DNA of 64,000 nucleotides. Source: Nitrosopumilus sp. (GTDB lineage: Archaea; Thermoproteota; Nitrososphaeria; Nitrososphaerales; Nitrosopumilaceae). The position numbers were made by a program, and so were the translations under genes. The notes under the pieces were generated by a model. It was not told the DNA's origin. It did not search any database and saw only the letters and a program-made list of their open reading frames with translations. Of this stretch, positions 1-10,155 are shown piece by piece. The number at the start of each line of letters is the position of its first letter. Within the stretch, counting starts at the first letter, position 1. The DNA lies in the NCBI GenBank assembly GCA_965205215.1, contig OZ242041.1:928001-992000 (forward strand), given 5' to 3'.

Positions 1-1
1 C

Positions 2-880
2 CTGTACCCGTACGTGCTGGGCGTCGAGGAGCTGCTGGGCATCGAGACGCCGGAGCGCGCAAAGTACGTGAGAGTGATAGCGGCGGAGCTGAACCGCTGC
101 ATATACACGATGTACTGGCTTGCCATATACGGGATATTCCTGGGGCACTCCACCATGTTCATGTGGCCCGCCGGGGACCGAGAGCTGCTGATAGACCTGA
201 TGGAGAAGATGACCGGCGCCCGCGTCACCCACGCGCACTTTGTCCCGGGCGGCGTGCGCAACGACCTTCCCCCGAACTTTGAGGACGTCTGCCTGAGGCA
301 GGTAAACTATTTTGAAAAGCGCATCAAGGAGTACGCCGACATATTCTACGACAACCCCATACTGATATCGCGCACCCGGGAGACGGGCGTGCTCTCAAGG
401 CAGGACGCCATACGCCTCGGCACCACGGGCTCCGTCCTGAGGGCAAGCGGCGTCGACTACGACGTGCGCAAAAAGGAGCCGTACGACGTGTACGACGAGC
501 TCGACGTCAACACGAACGTGATGAAGGCCGGCGACTCGTACGCCAGGTCGCGCGTCCCGTGGCTTGACATGATGGAGAGCTGCAACATCATACGCAGCGC
601 GCTCGAGAAGATTCCAAAGTCCGGCTCCGTGCGCGTCAAGCTAAAGCCGAACCCCAAGGGCGGTAATGACACCGTGTACAAGCGCGTCGAGTCAGGCAGG
701 GGCGCGCTCGGCTGCTACATCGTATCTGACGGCAAGCCGGAGCCCTACCGCGTAAAGATGAGCGTCGGCTCGTTCCGCAACCTTATCGCCCTGCCGTACC
801 TGCTCAAGGGCGAAAAGCTGGGCAACATGCCCGCCGTATACTGGAGCCTGAACTACTGGCCCGTGGAGGCTGACAGGTAA
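2..880 (+). CDS. nuoD: NADH-quinone oxidoreductase subunit D (5'-truncated by window)
   Basis: Complex I 49 kDa motifs (AELNR, GARVTH..VPGGV, ESGRG.LG, PYRVK); first gene of the visible nuo cluster. Confidence 0.93.
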   Translation: MYPYVLGVEELLGIETPERAKYVRVIAAELNRCIYTMYWLAIYGIFLGHSTMFMWPAGDRELLIDLMEKMTGARVTHAHFVPGGVRNDLPPNFEDVCLRQVNYFEKRIKEYADIFYDNPILISRTRETGVLSRQDAIRLGTTGSVLRASGVDYDVRKKEPYDVYDELDVNTNVMKAGDSYARSRVPWLDMMESCNIIRSALEKIPKSGSVRVKLKPNPKGGNDTVYKRVESGRGALGCYIVSDGKPEPYRVKMSVGSFRNLIALPYLLKGEKLGNMPAVYWSLNYWPVEADR

Positions 881-2184
881 TGTCCGTTATAGCGCCCGAC
901 TTTAGGCTGAGTGGCTTTATCCGGTCGATATTTGACAACGCGTTCTGGGCCCTGCTGCTGGCAAACCTGGTGGGGATACCGGCCATAATGATGGTCCTGT
1001 TCTACATCGAGATGCCCGTGATAAACGGAGAGCTGCTCACGCCGTTCCTCGCGTTCACCTGGCTTGCCGACCCCTCCAGGATCCTGCCGATAGTGCACGC
1101 GTTCATGGCTACCGACATGTTCCGAGTGGTGGCATTCCCCGGGTTCGGGTTCGCCGCGCTGATTGCGGCGGGCACCATATTCGTCGAGCGCAAGCTGCTC
1201 GCAAAGCTCCAGCTGCGGGTCGGGCCGTTCTACTGCGGCAAGATCGAGGGGATACTGCAGCTGATGGGCGACGGGCTCAAGCTGATATCAAAGGAGATAA
1301 TCATACCGGCAAAGGCCGACAAGCCGATATTCTGGGTCGCGCCGGTCATATTCGTCGCGACGGCGGCCGCGTTCGTGGCGCTGATTCCAGTCGCGCCGGG
1401 CTGGGTGGTGGCCGACGTCGACCTGGGGCTGATTGCCGTGTTCGCCGTAATCGGGTTCTTCCCCATTATCACCATACTGTCCGCGTGGTCGGCGAACTCA
1501 AAGTTCCCGTTCATCGGCGGCATCAGGGCCCTGTTCCAGATGGTCTCATTCGAGATCCCGCTCATACTCTCGCTGCTCGGCGTCGTGATCCTGACGGGCA
1601 CCCTGAACCTGTCCGAGATTGCCGCAAGCCAGTCCATGTTCCCGTGGATAATATTCCTGCCCATCGGCGCGGTCGTGTTCTTCACCACCATGCTTGCGGA
1701 GCTGGAGAGGATACCGTTTGACCTGCCGGAGGCCGAGTCGGAGATCGTGGCCGGCTGGCTCACGGAGTTCTCCGGCATGATGTACGGGCTCGTGCAGCTG
1801 GGGACGTACCTCAAGCTGTACGCCTTTGCGGCGCTCTTCGTGGTGCTCTTCTTGGGCGGGTGGCACGGGCCGATGGTGGTGCCGCCGTTTCCAGAGGAGA
1901 TACTGACCGAGGGCATAGTAATGGGGCCCGTGACGGCAAAGATCCCGGGGCTCCCGCTGTTTACCCAGGAGATGCTCAACGGCACGCTGTGGTTCGTGCT
2001 CAAGACAGTCGCCGTCATATTCTTCATCCTGCTGCCGAGGGGGGTCTTCCCGCGCATCAGGATAGACATGCTGCTGAACCTGGGCTGGTCCAAGCTGATA
2101 GGGCTGGCCTTTGTTAACATCTTTATTGCACTCGGGCTGCTTTACGCTGGAGTCCTGGGACCTGGAGGTATGCTGCTGCAATGA
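880..2184 (+). CDS. nuoH: NADH-quinone oxidoreductase subunit H
   Basis: ERK..A..Q.R.GP, DGLKLISKE, R.PFDLPEAESE.VAG..TEFSG, PRIRID motifs; multiple TM helices. Confidence 0.96.
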   Translation: MSVIAPDFRLSGFIRSIFDNAFWALLLANLVGIPAIMMVLFYIEMPVINGELLTPFLAFTWLADPSRILPIVHAFMATDMFRVVAFPGFGFAALIAAGTIFVERKLLAKLQLRVGPFYCGKIEGILQLMGDGLKLISKEIIIPAKADKPIFWVAPVIFVATAAAFVALIPVAPGWVVADVDLGLIAVFAVIGFFPIITILSAWSANSKFPFIGGIRALFQMVSFEIPLILSLLGVVILTGTLNLSEIAASQSMFPWIIFLPIGAVVFFTTMLAELERIPFDLPEAESEIVAGWLTEFSGMMYGLVQLGTYLKLYAFAALFVVLFLGGWHGPMVVPPFPEEILTEGIVMGPVTAKIPGLPLFTQEMLNGTLWFVLKTVAVIFFILLPRGVFPRIRIDMLLNLGWSKLIGLAFVNIFIALGLLYAGVLGPGGMLLQ

Positions 2185-2678
2185 AGACTGCCACGGGAAT
2201 CATACGCGCCCTGAACTCGGGGGTAAAGCACCTTGCGGTAAAGCGCTTTACGCTGAGGTATCCTGAGGAGAAGCTGGAGTTTGTAGGCGACGGGTACCAG
2301 TTTGATCCGTCCACCGGCGTGGGGATTGCGGGCCTCAAGGGGAGGCACATGCTGTTCCACGACCACTGCACGGGGTGCCAGCTCTGCTCCATCGCCTGCG
2401 AGGGAGTGGCAGAGGCGATCGCGATGGTAAAGGTGCCCGAGGAGCAAAAGCAGAACAAAAAGTCGATAATGCCGCAGATAGACTACGGCAAGTGCGTCTT
2501 CTGCGGGCTGTGCGTGGACGCCTGCCCGTTTTATGCCCTGTACATGACAAACGACTACGAGCTCTCGTCCTTCTCAAAGGAGGGCCTCATATACACGCCT
2601 GCCCAGCTGGCAGTCAAGCCGTACGTGAGGCAGGACTCGAGCATCCAGATAACTGAGCGGGGTGCGACCCATGGCTGA
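2181..2678 (+). CDS. nuoI: NADH-quinone oxidoreductase subunit I (2x[4Fe-4S])
   Basis: CTGCQLCSIAC and CVFCGLCVDACP ferredoxin motifs; T..YPEE. Confidence 0.95.
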   Translation: MKTATGIIRALNSGVKHLAVKRFTLRYPEEKLEFVGDGYQFDPSTGVGIAGLKGRHMLFHDHCTGCQLCSIACEGVAEAIAMVKVPEEQKQNKKSIMPQIDYGKCVFCGLCVDACPFYALYMTNDYELSSFSKEGLIYTPAQLAVKPYVRQDSSIQITERGATHG

Positions 2679-3186
2679 CCCAGTGTTCGTGGTGCTCGCC
2701 GTGGTTACGGTGGGCTCTGCAATAGCGGCCCTCGAGCTGCGCTCGCTGGTGTACGGCTCCATCGCGTTGATGGGGACGCTCGGCGGGATCGCGGGGTTCT
2801 TCCTGCTGCTTGACGCGACGTTCGTGGCGCTCTTCCAGCTTGCGGTGTACGTGGGCTCCATAGCGGTGCTGATACTGTTTACCGTGATGCTTGTAAAGCG
2901 CGAGCTGATATTCAAGAAGATAGAGGACAAGAGGCGCAAGTTTGCCGGCGTGGCGCTGATGCTTGTGACGATGGTGGCCCTGGGCGCCATATTCATCGAC
3001 TCGGGGATAAAGGATATTACAACAGACGAGCCCCCCGTCGACTTTAGGGAGATAGGCTCGGACTTTGTCACGTATTACTGGCCCGCGCTCATACTTATGG
3101 GGCTCATCCTTGCCGGCTCGGTGACTGGCGCGCTCGTGCTGGCTCGGAGGGAGGATATAGAGGAGAATGGTCAACGAACTAGTTGA
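2671..3186 (+). CDS. nuoJ: NADH-quinone oxidoreductase subunit J
   Basis: A.FVALFQLAVYVGSIAVLILF motif; operon position; ATG at 2671 chosen. Confidence 0.92.
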   Translation: MADPVFVVLAVVTVGSAIAALELRSLVYGSIALMGTLGGIAGFFLLLDATFVALFQLAVYVGSIAVLILFTVMLVKRELIFKKIEDKRRKFAGVALMLVTMVALGAIFIDSGIKDITTDEPPVDFREIGSDFVTYYWPALILMGLILAGSVTGALVLARREDIEENGQRTS

Positions 3187-3472
3187 CTTTACGCTGGTCT
3201 CAATCGCCCTTCTGGGGATCGGGATCTACGGACTTGCAGTAAAGCGCAACTTTATCAGAATGCTCTTTGCAATAGAGATTATCATAAACGCGGCCAACCT
3301 GAATTTGGTGGCCTTTGGAAGGTTCATCCCCGAGAGCGGCGGGCAGACTCTGGCGCTCTTCTCGATTGCGATTGCGGCAGCCGAGGTGGCAGTCGGACTG
3401 TCGCTGATTATCGTGGCGTACAGGATGTACCAGAACGTGGACGTTGCGGACTTTAGGAGCCTGAGGGGCTAG
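3167..3472 (+). CDS. nuoK: NADH-quinone oxidoreductase subunit K
   Basis: RN.IRML..IE...NAANLN; AAAEVAVGL motifs. Confidence 0.95.
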   Translation: MVNELVDFTLVSIALLGIGIYGLAVKRNFIRMLFAIEIIINAANLNLVAFGRFIPESGGQTLALFSIAIAAAEVAVGLSLIIVAYRMYQNVDVADFRSLRG

Positions 3473-3512
3473 AAGAGAGAGAGAAGAAGAAGAGGAGGAT
3501 GAGCAGAGAGAA

Positions 3513-5213
3513 TTGATTACCCCCGACTACGCCCTGATGCAGGCCGTGTTCCTGCCTCTGCTGCTCTCCCCCGTGGCATACGTCCTGGGGCGCAAGGCGG
3601 GGCCCACGGCCGCAATGTGGTTTACGTTTGCCGTGCTCCTGTACTCGACCGTGCTCGTGGTGTCCGCGGCCCTTGACGGGGGCGTCACGGAGGAGCACTA
3701 CCCGTGGACCGAGACGTTCGGGGAGTTCGGGTTCCTGATGGACGGGCTGGCGTCGCCGTTTGCCATCGTGATATACGTGCTGTCGACCATCTTGGCGCTG
3801 TACTCCAAGCCGTACATGATACACAAGTTCAGGGAGCAGTTTGCCGAGGAGGGCCGGTCGGCGCAAGGCAACGGCAGCAGCAGCGGAGAAGCCTCTGTCT
3901 CCTCGACTTCGGCTTCCTCGACTCCGGCCACTGCCGCCGCGACAGCGACCGCCGAGTCCCACGAGACATCGGCCGCCCTGAATTCGTACGTCAACGCAAA
4001 GTCGGGACTCTACTTTGCGCTATACCTCGTATTTGCCATGGGGATGCTCGGGACCGTCCTTGCGACCAACCTCATCGAGTTTTACATATTCTTCGAGGTG
4101 ATGCTCATACCCGGTTTCTTCCTGGTGGCGCTGTGGGGCGACGGGCCCCGCAGAAAGATAGGCCTCATGTTCCTGTTCTGGACCCATGCGGGCGCAGTCG
4201 TGCTCCTGCTTGGCTTTCTTATGATCGGGCTCACGGTGGGAAGCTTTGACTTTGCGGACATCGACGAGTCCGTACTGCCGTCTGACATCGCGCTGCTGTC
4301 CGGCGTGGCAATCACGATAGGGCTCGGCGTAAAGCTGGCCGTGTTCATGTTCCACATATGGCTGCCCTACGTGCACGGCTCGGCCCCCACCCCCATCAGC
4401 GCGCTGCTCTCGCCTGCGATGATCGGGATCGGCGCGTACGGCATCTTCCGGCTCGTGGTGGAGCTGCTTCCCGCCACGTATTCTGAGCTCTCCATATGGC
4501 TCCACGTGTGGGGGCTTGTCACGATGATATACGGGGGCGCCATGGCGCTCATGCAGGACGACCTCAAGCGGCTGCTGGCGTACTCTAGCATAAGCCAGAT
4601 GGGATACCTGCTGTTTGGGATAGGCTCCGTGTCTGTACTGGGGCTGTCGGGCGCCGAGATGATGTATGTAACGCACGGGCTCGGCAAGGGACTGCTCTTC
4701 ATGACTGCCGGGATCATCATAGTAAGGGTGGGCACCCGGAGCATCTCGAAGCTGGGCGGCCTTGCCAGCAAGATGCCCATCACCGCCGTCTGCGCCGTCA
4801 TAGGCGCGCTGACCATAATGGGCGTTCCGCCCACAAGCGGGTTCATGGGCGAATGGATCCTCTTTTACGGGGCCCTTGAGACGGCGATCGAAGAGGACTC
4901 GATGCTGCGTACCGTGACGTTTGCGCTGGGACTGCTTGCGACCGCGCTTACAATGTCCTACATGCTGTGGATGCTAAAGCGCGTCTTCTTTGGCAAGCTG
5001 CCGGAGCGCCTCTCAAAGGTCAAGGAGGGCAGCTGGTACATGACGGCGCCCATGATGGTGCTGGCAGGCTTTACGATCGTGCTGGGGATATACCCGGACA
5101 TATTCTTGGAGACCATCGTGCCGTACATGGAGTGGGTGCTTCCCGCTACAGGCGGCGGTGATGGCATGGCCGCAATGGCAACGGCGACTGCCGGAGGAGG
5201 GGGCGGTACGTAG
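3513..5213 (+). CDS. nuoM: NADH-quinone oxidoreductase subunit M
   Basis: FYIFFEVMLIP, H.WLP.VH..AP, DLKRLLAYSSISQMG, P.TSGF.GE; carries a low-complexity S/A/T insert. Confidence 0.93.
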   Translation: MITPDYALMQAVFLPLLLSPVAYVLGRKAGPTAAMWFTFAVLLYSTVLVVSAALDGGVTEEHYPWTETFGEFGFLMDGLASPFAIVIYVLSTILALYSKPYMIHKFREQFAEEGRSAQGNGSSSGEASVSSTSASSTPATAAATATAESHETSAALNSYVNAKSGLYFALYLVFAMGMLGTVLATNLIEFYIFFEVMLIPGFFLVALWGDGPRRKIGLMFLFWTHAGAVVLLLGFLMIGLTVGSFDFADIDESVLPSDIALLSGVAITIGLGVKLAVFMFHIWLPYVHGSAPTPISALLSPAMIGIGAYGIFRLVVELLPATYSELSIWLHVWGLVTMIYGGAMALMQDDLKRLLAYSSISQMGYLLFGIGSVSVLGLSGAEMMYVTHGLGKGLLFMTAGIIIVRVGTRSISKLGGLASKMPITAVCAVIGALTIMGVPPTSGFMGEWILFYGALETAIEEDSMLRTVTFALGLLATALTMSYMLWMLKRVFFGKLPERLSKVKEGSWYMTAPMMVLAGFTIVLGIYPDIFLETIVPYMEWVLPATGGGDGMAAMATATAGGGGGT

Positions 5214-7307
5214 ATGGCAGCAGAGTCAGCCCCCGCGGCCTTCCTGCCGCCCATCGACGCGATACCCGAGGCCGCGTGGCTGGTCTGGGTCATACCGTTT
5301 GCCGCGGCCCTGATAATGCCGGCGATCGGCAAGGGGTCGCACCGGGTAACCGGGTACGCGGCAGTCGGGTTCGCGCTGATGTCGGCGCTGTCCGCGTTCT
5401 CGCTGCTCCCGATGGCGCTTGCCGGCGGGGAGATACACGACCAGATAATGTGGATAGAGGCCATAGGGCTCAAGGCCGGCGTGCTTGCCGACCCGCTGTC
5501 GGTGATAATGGCAAACGTGGTCGCGTGGATCTCGTTCCTCATAATGATATACAGCACGGGCTACATGAAGGGCGACCGCAACGTCGTGCGGTTCTGGTTC
5601 TGGATGCTGTTCTTCATCGGCTCGATGCAGCTCATCGTGCTGTCCGACAACCTGCTGCAGGTCTTCTTCGGGTGGGAGGGCGTCGGGCTCGCGTCGTACG
5701 CGCTGATCAGCTTTTGGTACCGCGACAAGAAAAAGGACCACGTGGGGCAGGAGAACCGCCGCGTCCTGGGCCTCATGGACTACTACGCCCCGACGCACGC
5801 CGGCATGAAGGCGTTCATCATGACAAAGGTCGGCGACGTGATGATGATTGCAGGCATGCTGCTGATATTCCTGTACGCCGGCACGTTCGGCTTCCGCGAA
5901 CTTGTCGGTGACATGGCGTGGGCAGTCGAGATGTCGGCCCAGGGGCTGCTGGTGCCTGCATTCGTGTTGCTCTTTGGCGGCGCAATCGGCAAGTCGGCGC
6001 AGTTCCCGCTCAACGAGTGGCTGCTGGAGGCCATGACCGGACCCACCGCAGTCTCCGCCCTGATACACGCGGCTACCATGGTAAAGGCCGGCGTGTTTCT
6101 GGTGGCCCGGCTGGGGCCCATCGTGTTTGCCCTGGGCGCCGCGGGGATACTGGCCGACCAGTTCTTTGAGATCGTGGCGTGGGTGGGCGCCATCACGGCC
6201 CTGCTGCTTGCGACGCAGGGCATGACCAACCCCGAGATAAAAAAGGTGCTTGCGTACTCGACCGGCTCGCAGATCGGGTACATGATGATGGCCCTCGGCG
6301 TGGCGGGACTGTCGTACCAGTACGTGGACGGCTACACTGCTGGGTTCTTCCATCTGATATCGCACGCAATGTTCAAGGCCTCCCTGTTCATGGCGGCCGG
6401 CTCCCTGCTGCACGTGGTGGGCTCCAGGTTCATGACTGACATGGGAGGCCTGCGTAAGCACATGAAGAAGACGTACGCCTTCATGTGGGCCGCGGGCCTG
6501 GGCCTCATGGGCGCCCCGTTCATCACGACGGGGTTCTGGAGCAAGGACGCCATATTCGCGGCCGTGTACGAGTCCGGCTCCGAGTGGGCGCTCCCCCTGT
6601 ATGTGATCGCGGTGCTGACCGCCGTGATCACGGCGTTCTACACGACGCGTATGATCGGCATGGTCTTCTTTGGGCCAAAGTCCGAGCACGTGCAGAAGAT
6701 GGAGGAGGAGGGGCACCGCGTGCACGAGGCCTCCGTGTCCATGTGGGTGCCGTACGGGATACTCGCGGCGCTGACGATCGGGATCGGCATCATCGGGCTG
6801 TCTGCCGAGGAGGGGCTGCACCACCTATTCGAGGTGTACCTGGCCGACTCGTTTGGCATACACGGGGCCGAGAAGGGCACTGAGATGGCGTCCATACTGC
6901 CAGGGTTCCTGCAGGGTCTCAACCCGGTGGCGCTCGGCTCGTCGCTTGCCGCCTTTGCCATAGGGATAGGGCTGGGGTACATCTTCTACATCGGCCGTCA
7001 CGTGGATCCCGCCAAGTTTGTCAACTCCAACATATTCTTTTACGCCATACACAAGGTGATACTCAACAGGTGGTACCTCAACGCCATCATATACTGGTGC
7101 TTTGTGGTGGCCCCGCTCTGGCTTGCGCGCGGCGTGTCCCGGTACTTTGAGAAGACCGCAATAGACTACGGCATGAACGACGGACTGCAAAAGGCGGCCG
7201 GCTGGAGCGCCAGGGTGGTGCAGGGCACGCAGACCGGCGTCTCGCAGTCGTACCTGTTCGTGTTCGGGGCGGGACTGCTGTTTGTGGTACTGATGCTGAT
7301 GATGTGA
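5214..7307 (+). CDS. nuoL: NADH-quinone oxidoreductase subunit L
   Basis: FFGWEGVGLASY.LI, GKSAQFPL..WL.EAM.GPT.VSALIHAATMVKAG, IKKVLAYST, HAMFKA.LF. Confidence 0.95.
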   Translation: MAAESAPAAFLPPIDAIPEAAWLVWVIPFAAALIMPAIGKGSHRVTGYAAVGFALMSALSAFSLLPMALAGGEIHDQIMWIEAIGLKAGVLADPLSVIMANVVAWISFLIMIYSTGYMKGDRNVVRFWFWMLFFIGSMQLIVLSDNLLQVFFGWEGVGLASYALISFWYRDKKKDHVGQENRRVLGLMDYYAPTHAGMKAFIMTKVGDVMMIAGMLLIFLYAGTFGFRELVGDMAWAVEMSAQGLLVPAFVLLFGGAIGKSAQFPLNEWLLEAMTGPTAVSALIHAATMVKAGVFLVARLGPIVFALGAAGILADQFFEIVAWVGAITALLLATQGMTNPEIKKVLAYSTGSQIGYMMMALGVAGLSYQYVDGYTAGFFHLISHAMFKASLFMAAGSLLHVVGSRFMTDMGGLRKHMKKTYAFMWAAGLGLMGAPFITTGFWSKDAIFAAVYESGSEWALPLYVIAVLTAVITAFYTTRMIGMVFFGPKSEHVQKMEEEGHRVHEASVSMWVPYGILAALTIGIGIIGLSAEEGLHHLFEVYLADSFGIHGAEKGTEMASILPGFLQGLNPVALGSSLAAFAIGIGLGYIFYIGRHVDPAKFVNSNIFFYAIHKVILNRWYLNAIIYWCFVVAPLWLARGVSRYFEKTAIDYGMNDGLQKAAGWSARVVQGTQTGVSQSYLFVFGAGLLFVVLMLMM

Positions 7308-7453
7308 TGGAAATGGTGATGGTTACGATGATGATGATAATGATGATGGCAGCGGAAACGACGGCGGAGACGGCAGCGGCAGCGGTAAAGATGGCGCCAA
7401 TCGCGTCACCCTGGACGCCGTCCACAGCACGGGAGGTTGACTGCCAAATATGA
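7307..7453 (+). CDS. possible 48-aa Met/Ala-rich peptide bridging nuoL and nuoN
   Basis: Open frame MEMVMVTMMMIMMMAAETTAETAAAAVK...CQI; start overlaps nuoL stop (TGATG), stop overlaps nuoN start (ATGA). Confidence 0.3.
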   Translation: MEMVMVTMMMIMMMAAETTAETAAAAVKMAPIASPWTPSTAREVDCQI

Positions 7454-8943
7454 TCCCGCTCGACTCCACCCCGATGATACTCGTCGCGATACTCGGCACG
7501 GTCGGCGTCATACTCCCGCTGATAAGCATCGCCCGCCGCGAGCTCGGCGGTAGCTCGTCAAACACTCTGTACGCCGCAATCGCGCTGGGCGCCCTTGCCG
7601 CGTCCATGGCCTACGTGGGGTACGAGTTCCTGTACGGGGATATGCCCGCCTCGGCGATCTTCTCCGAGGAGGTGCTCTCCGATGACGCGTTCGGCGGCTT
7701 CTTCGCCGTGGCGATGCTCATAGTGGCCATCTTCACCGTGGTGGGATCGTTTACGTACATGCGCAAGCACGAGAACGCGTCGCCCGCAGTATACTACTCG
7801 CTCATCCTGCTTGCGACCATAGGGATGGTGCTCGTCGCGTACTCCACCGACCTGGTGATGCTGTTCGTGGCCTGGGAGCTGATGAGCATACCCACGTACA
7901 TCCTGGTCGGGTTCATGAAGAGGAACCCCGCCTCAAACGAGGCCGCCATAAAGTACTTTTTGTTCGGGGCCCTCTCGTCGGCGATAATCATATACGGGAT
8001 ATCCCTGTCGTACGGGCTTACCGGCTCGACGAACATAGGCGACGTGATAGAGGGGTACGCGTCACTCGACGCATCGCTGATGCCGCTTGCGCTGCTTTCA
8101 GTCGGCATGCTGATTGCCGGGTTCGGCTTCAAGATGGGGCTCGTGCCGTTCCACCAGTGGCTTCCGGACACGTACGAGGGGGCGCCCGCGCCCGTAACCA
8201 CGCTGCTGGCGGCCGCAACCAAAAAGGCCGGGTTTGCAGCAGCACTGCGCATCGTGATAATGGGCGCCGTCGCCCTGAATACCGACTGGACGCTGGCCCT
8301 CGGCGTCATCGCCGTAATGACCATGACAGTCGGCAACGTGGCCGCCATCATGCAAAAGAACCTCTCAAGGATGCTAGCCTATTCCAGTATAGCGCACGCC
8401 GGGTACATACTGATCGGGCTTGCCGTGGCGCCGCACAGCTCGCTGGGGCTGCAGGGATCCCTGTACCAGATATTCAACCATGCCGTGATGAAGGGCGCCG
8501 CGTTCATAGCCGTGGCCGGAATCGTGGTGGCGCTTGCGGTCACGCACATCGACAAGCTTGCGGGGCTCGGGCGCCGCATGCCGATAACATCACTCGGGCT
8601 CGTGATATCGCTGTTCGCGCTTGCCGGCGTCCCTCCGCTGTCCGGGTTCTGGAGCAAGCTCATGCTGTTTGGCGGCGCGCTAGACGCGTCCTCGGCCCTG
8701 TGGTGGGCCCCGTGGCTTGCCATAGCCGGCGTGCTCAACAGCGCGCTCTCCCTTGCGTACTATGGCTGGATAACGCGCAAGATGTACTTTGAGGGCGAGA
8801 CCAAGCGCCGCGTGCCGGAGCCGAAGCCCGTGGTGGCCGTGATGATATTCTCCATACTGTTCCTGGTGGGATTCGGCGTGTACCCGGAGCCGCTGCTGCA
8901 GTTCATCGAGTTTGCCACGCCGGTAATCGACTGGCCGGGATAG
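7450..8943 (+). CDS. nuoN: NADH-quinone oxidoreductase subunit N
   Basis: EAAIKYF..GALSS, FKMGLVPFHQW.PD.YEGAP, RMLAYSSIAHAGY, LAGVPPLSGF.SK. Confidence 0.95.
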   Translation: MIPLDSTPMILVAILGTVGVILPLISIARRELGGSSSNTLYAAIALGALAASMAYVGYEFLYGDMPASAIFSEEVLSDDAFGGFFAVAMLIVAIFTVVGSFTYMRKHENASPAVYYSLILLATIGMVLVAYSTDLVMLFVAWELMSIPTYILVGFMKRNPASNEAAIKYFLFGALSSAIIIYGISLSYGLTGSTNIGDVIEGYASLDASLMPLALLSVGMLIAGFGFKMGLVPFHQWLPDTYEGAPAPVTTLLAAATKKAGFAAALRIVIMGAVALNTDWTLALGVIAVMTMTVGNVAAIMQKNLSRMLAYSSIAHAGYILIGLAVAPHSSLGLQGSLYQIFNHAVMKGAAFIAVAGIVVALAVTHIDKLAGLGRRMPITSLGLVISLFALAGVPPLSGFWSKLMLFGGALDASSALWWAPWLAIAGVLNSALSLAYYGWITRKMYFEGETKRRVPEPKPVVAVMIFSILFLVGFGVYPEPLLQFIEFATPVIDWPG

Positions 8944-9002
8944 TAGTGTCAGTAGCATAACGTTAGCATAACATTAGCAGCAGCGTCCGCCGCCTGACAT
9001 GC

Positions 9003-9854
9003 TCACATCTTAAACGACGTAAGCCTGATGAGGTTCTCCAGGCCGTCCTTTGCCGGGTGGTCCGGGATCTTTCTGAGCCCCGCCTCCGCCTTTTGCGAGT
9101 ATTTCTTTAGCAGCTCCTCCATGCGGTCAAACACGTGCCTGGGATCCGAGCTGCGCTTTATCAGCAGGTTGAACAGCTTGTCCTCGTTCTTCCAGTCGAG
9201 CAGGTCGTCCCTTATCTGGTATGCGATGCCGATGTTCAGCCCATACTCGGTCAGGGCCTCTATCTGCTGCTCGGAGCCCCCGCCCATTATGGCGCCCGTC
9301 CTGGCCGCCACCTCGAACGCGGTCGCGGTCTTGTATTCTATTACCTTGAGATAGTCGTCAAACGTGACGTCCTCGCTTGCCTCTAGCATCCCCTCTATCA
9401 TCTCGCCCTCGCTCATCCTCATCGCGGTGGTGGCCAAGTCCTTTGTCACGCGGGAGTTGTCCAGCCTGGAGCATATGGCAAGTATGAGCCCGAGCACAAA
9501 GTCGCCCGTCAGTATGCTCGTGTTGTACCCGTACTTTATGTGGAACGGGTCCTTCTGCCTCCTTACGGTCTCGTTGTCTATTATGTCGTCGTGTATTATC
9601 GACTCCATGTGCAGGAACTCGACTGCGCACGAGGCCGCAAGCGTGTTCTCGTCCACGCTACCGACGCACTCGGCCGCAAGCACCAGTATGACGGGCCTTA
9701 TCCTCTTGCCCCCCTCAAGCGAGTACTTGAGCGGCCCTATGAACTCCGACTCTGAATACAGGGCCAGCTCGTCGCTGAGGGCCCCGTCGATCCTCTCTAT
9801 GTAGCGGCCGTACGACTCCGCGAGCGGGTTGATCTCTGCGTTCTCTCTTTCCAT
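9003..9854 (-). CDS. polyprenyl (geranylgeranyl-type) diphosphate synthase
   Basis: GGKRIRP, IIHDDIID..RR (FARM), KTA, AYQIRDD.LD (SARM). Confidence 0.93.
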   Translation of the reverse strand: MERENAEINPLAESYGRYIERIDGALSDELALYSESEFIGPLKYSLEGGKRIRPVILVLAAECVGSVDENTLAASCAVEFLHMESIIHDDIIDNETVRRQKDPFHIKYGYNTSILTGDFVLGLILAICSRLDNSRVTKDLATTAMRMSEGEMIEGMLEASEDVTFDDYLKVIEYKTATAFEVAARTGAIMGGGSEQQIEALTEYGLNIGIAYQIRDDLLDWKNEDKLFNLLIKRSSDPRHVFDRMEELLKKYSQKAEAGLRKIPDHPAKDGLENLIRLTSFKM

Positions 9855-9899
9855 TGAGGTTGGCCTGCGTTCAAAGTGGCCACGTCACTAATTAAATCT

Positions 9900-9993
9900 T
9901 GGTGCTCCAGCCGGGACTTTCATCTTGTGATTTTGAACCCGGGATCACTGCCTTGAAAGGGCAGTATGCTTGACCGGTCTACACCACTGGAAC
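9900..9993 (-). tRNA. tRNA-Glu(TTC) with ~15 nt non-canonical intron in the T-loop; CCA encoded
   Basis: Acceptor GTTCCAG/CTGGAGC, anticodon arm CTGCC-CTTTCAA-GGCAG, T-arm CCGGG/CCCGG whose loop has 15 extra nt (TTC-AAAATCACAAGATGAAA-GT). Confidence 0.9.
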
Positions 9994-10155
9994 AACGCGC
10001 GTGGTACCGGGGCCGGGAATAAAATCCTTTTCGGGCGTGACTGGGCCTCACTCTCTGAATGCAGCCTGCGGCGTCTGCGGCGCGCGCGGCGCCGCTGCCG
10101 TTGCCATGCGATCCCGCCGACAAAGATTTTTTTAGTGGTTTTATGGAGTCGAACC

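Noticed and set aside
1230-8958. Long antisense and alternative-frame ORFs over the nuo operon
   Set aside because: Shadow ORFs from high GC3; the sense proteins are clearly recognisable.
9970-10155. Extended N-terminus of the CADD-like ORF (likewise 15157, 21189 and 37960 starts)
   Set aside because: The extensions overlap the tRNA, neighbouring genes or promoter/repeat DNA; downstream starts fit the domain boundaries.
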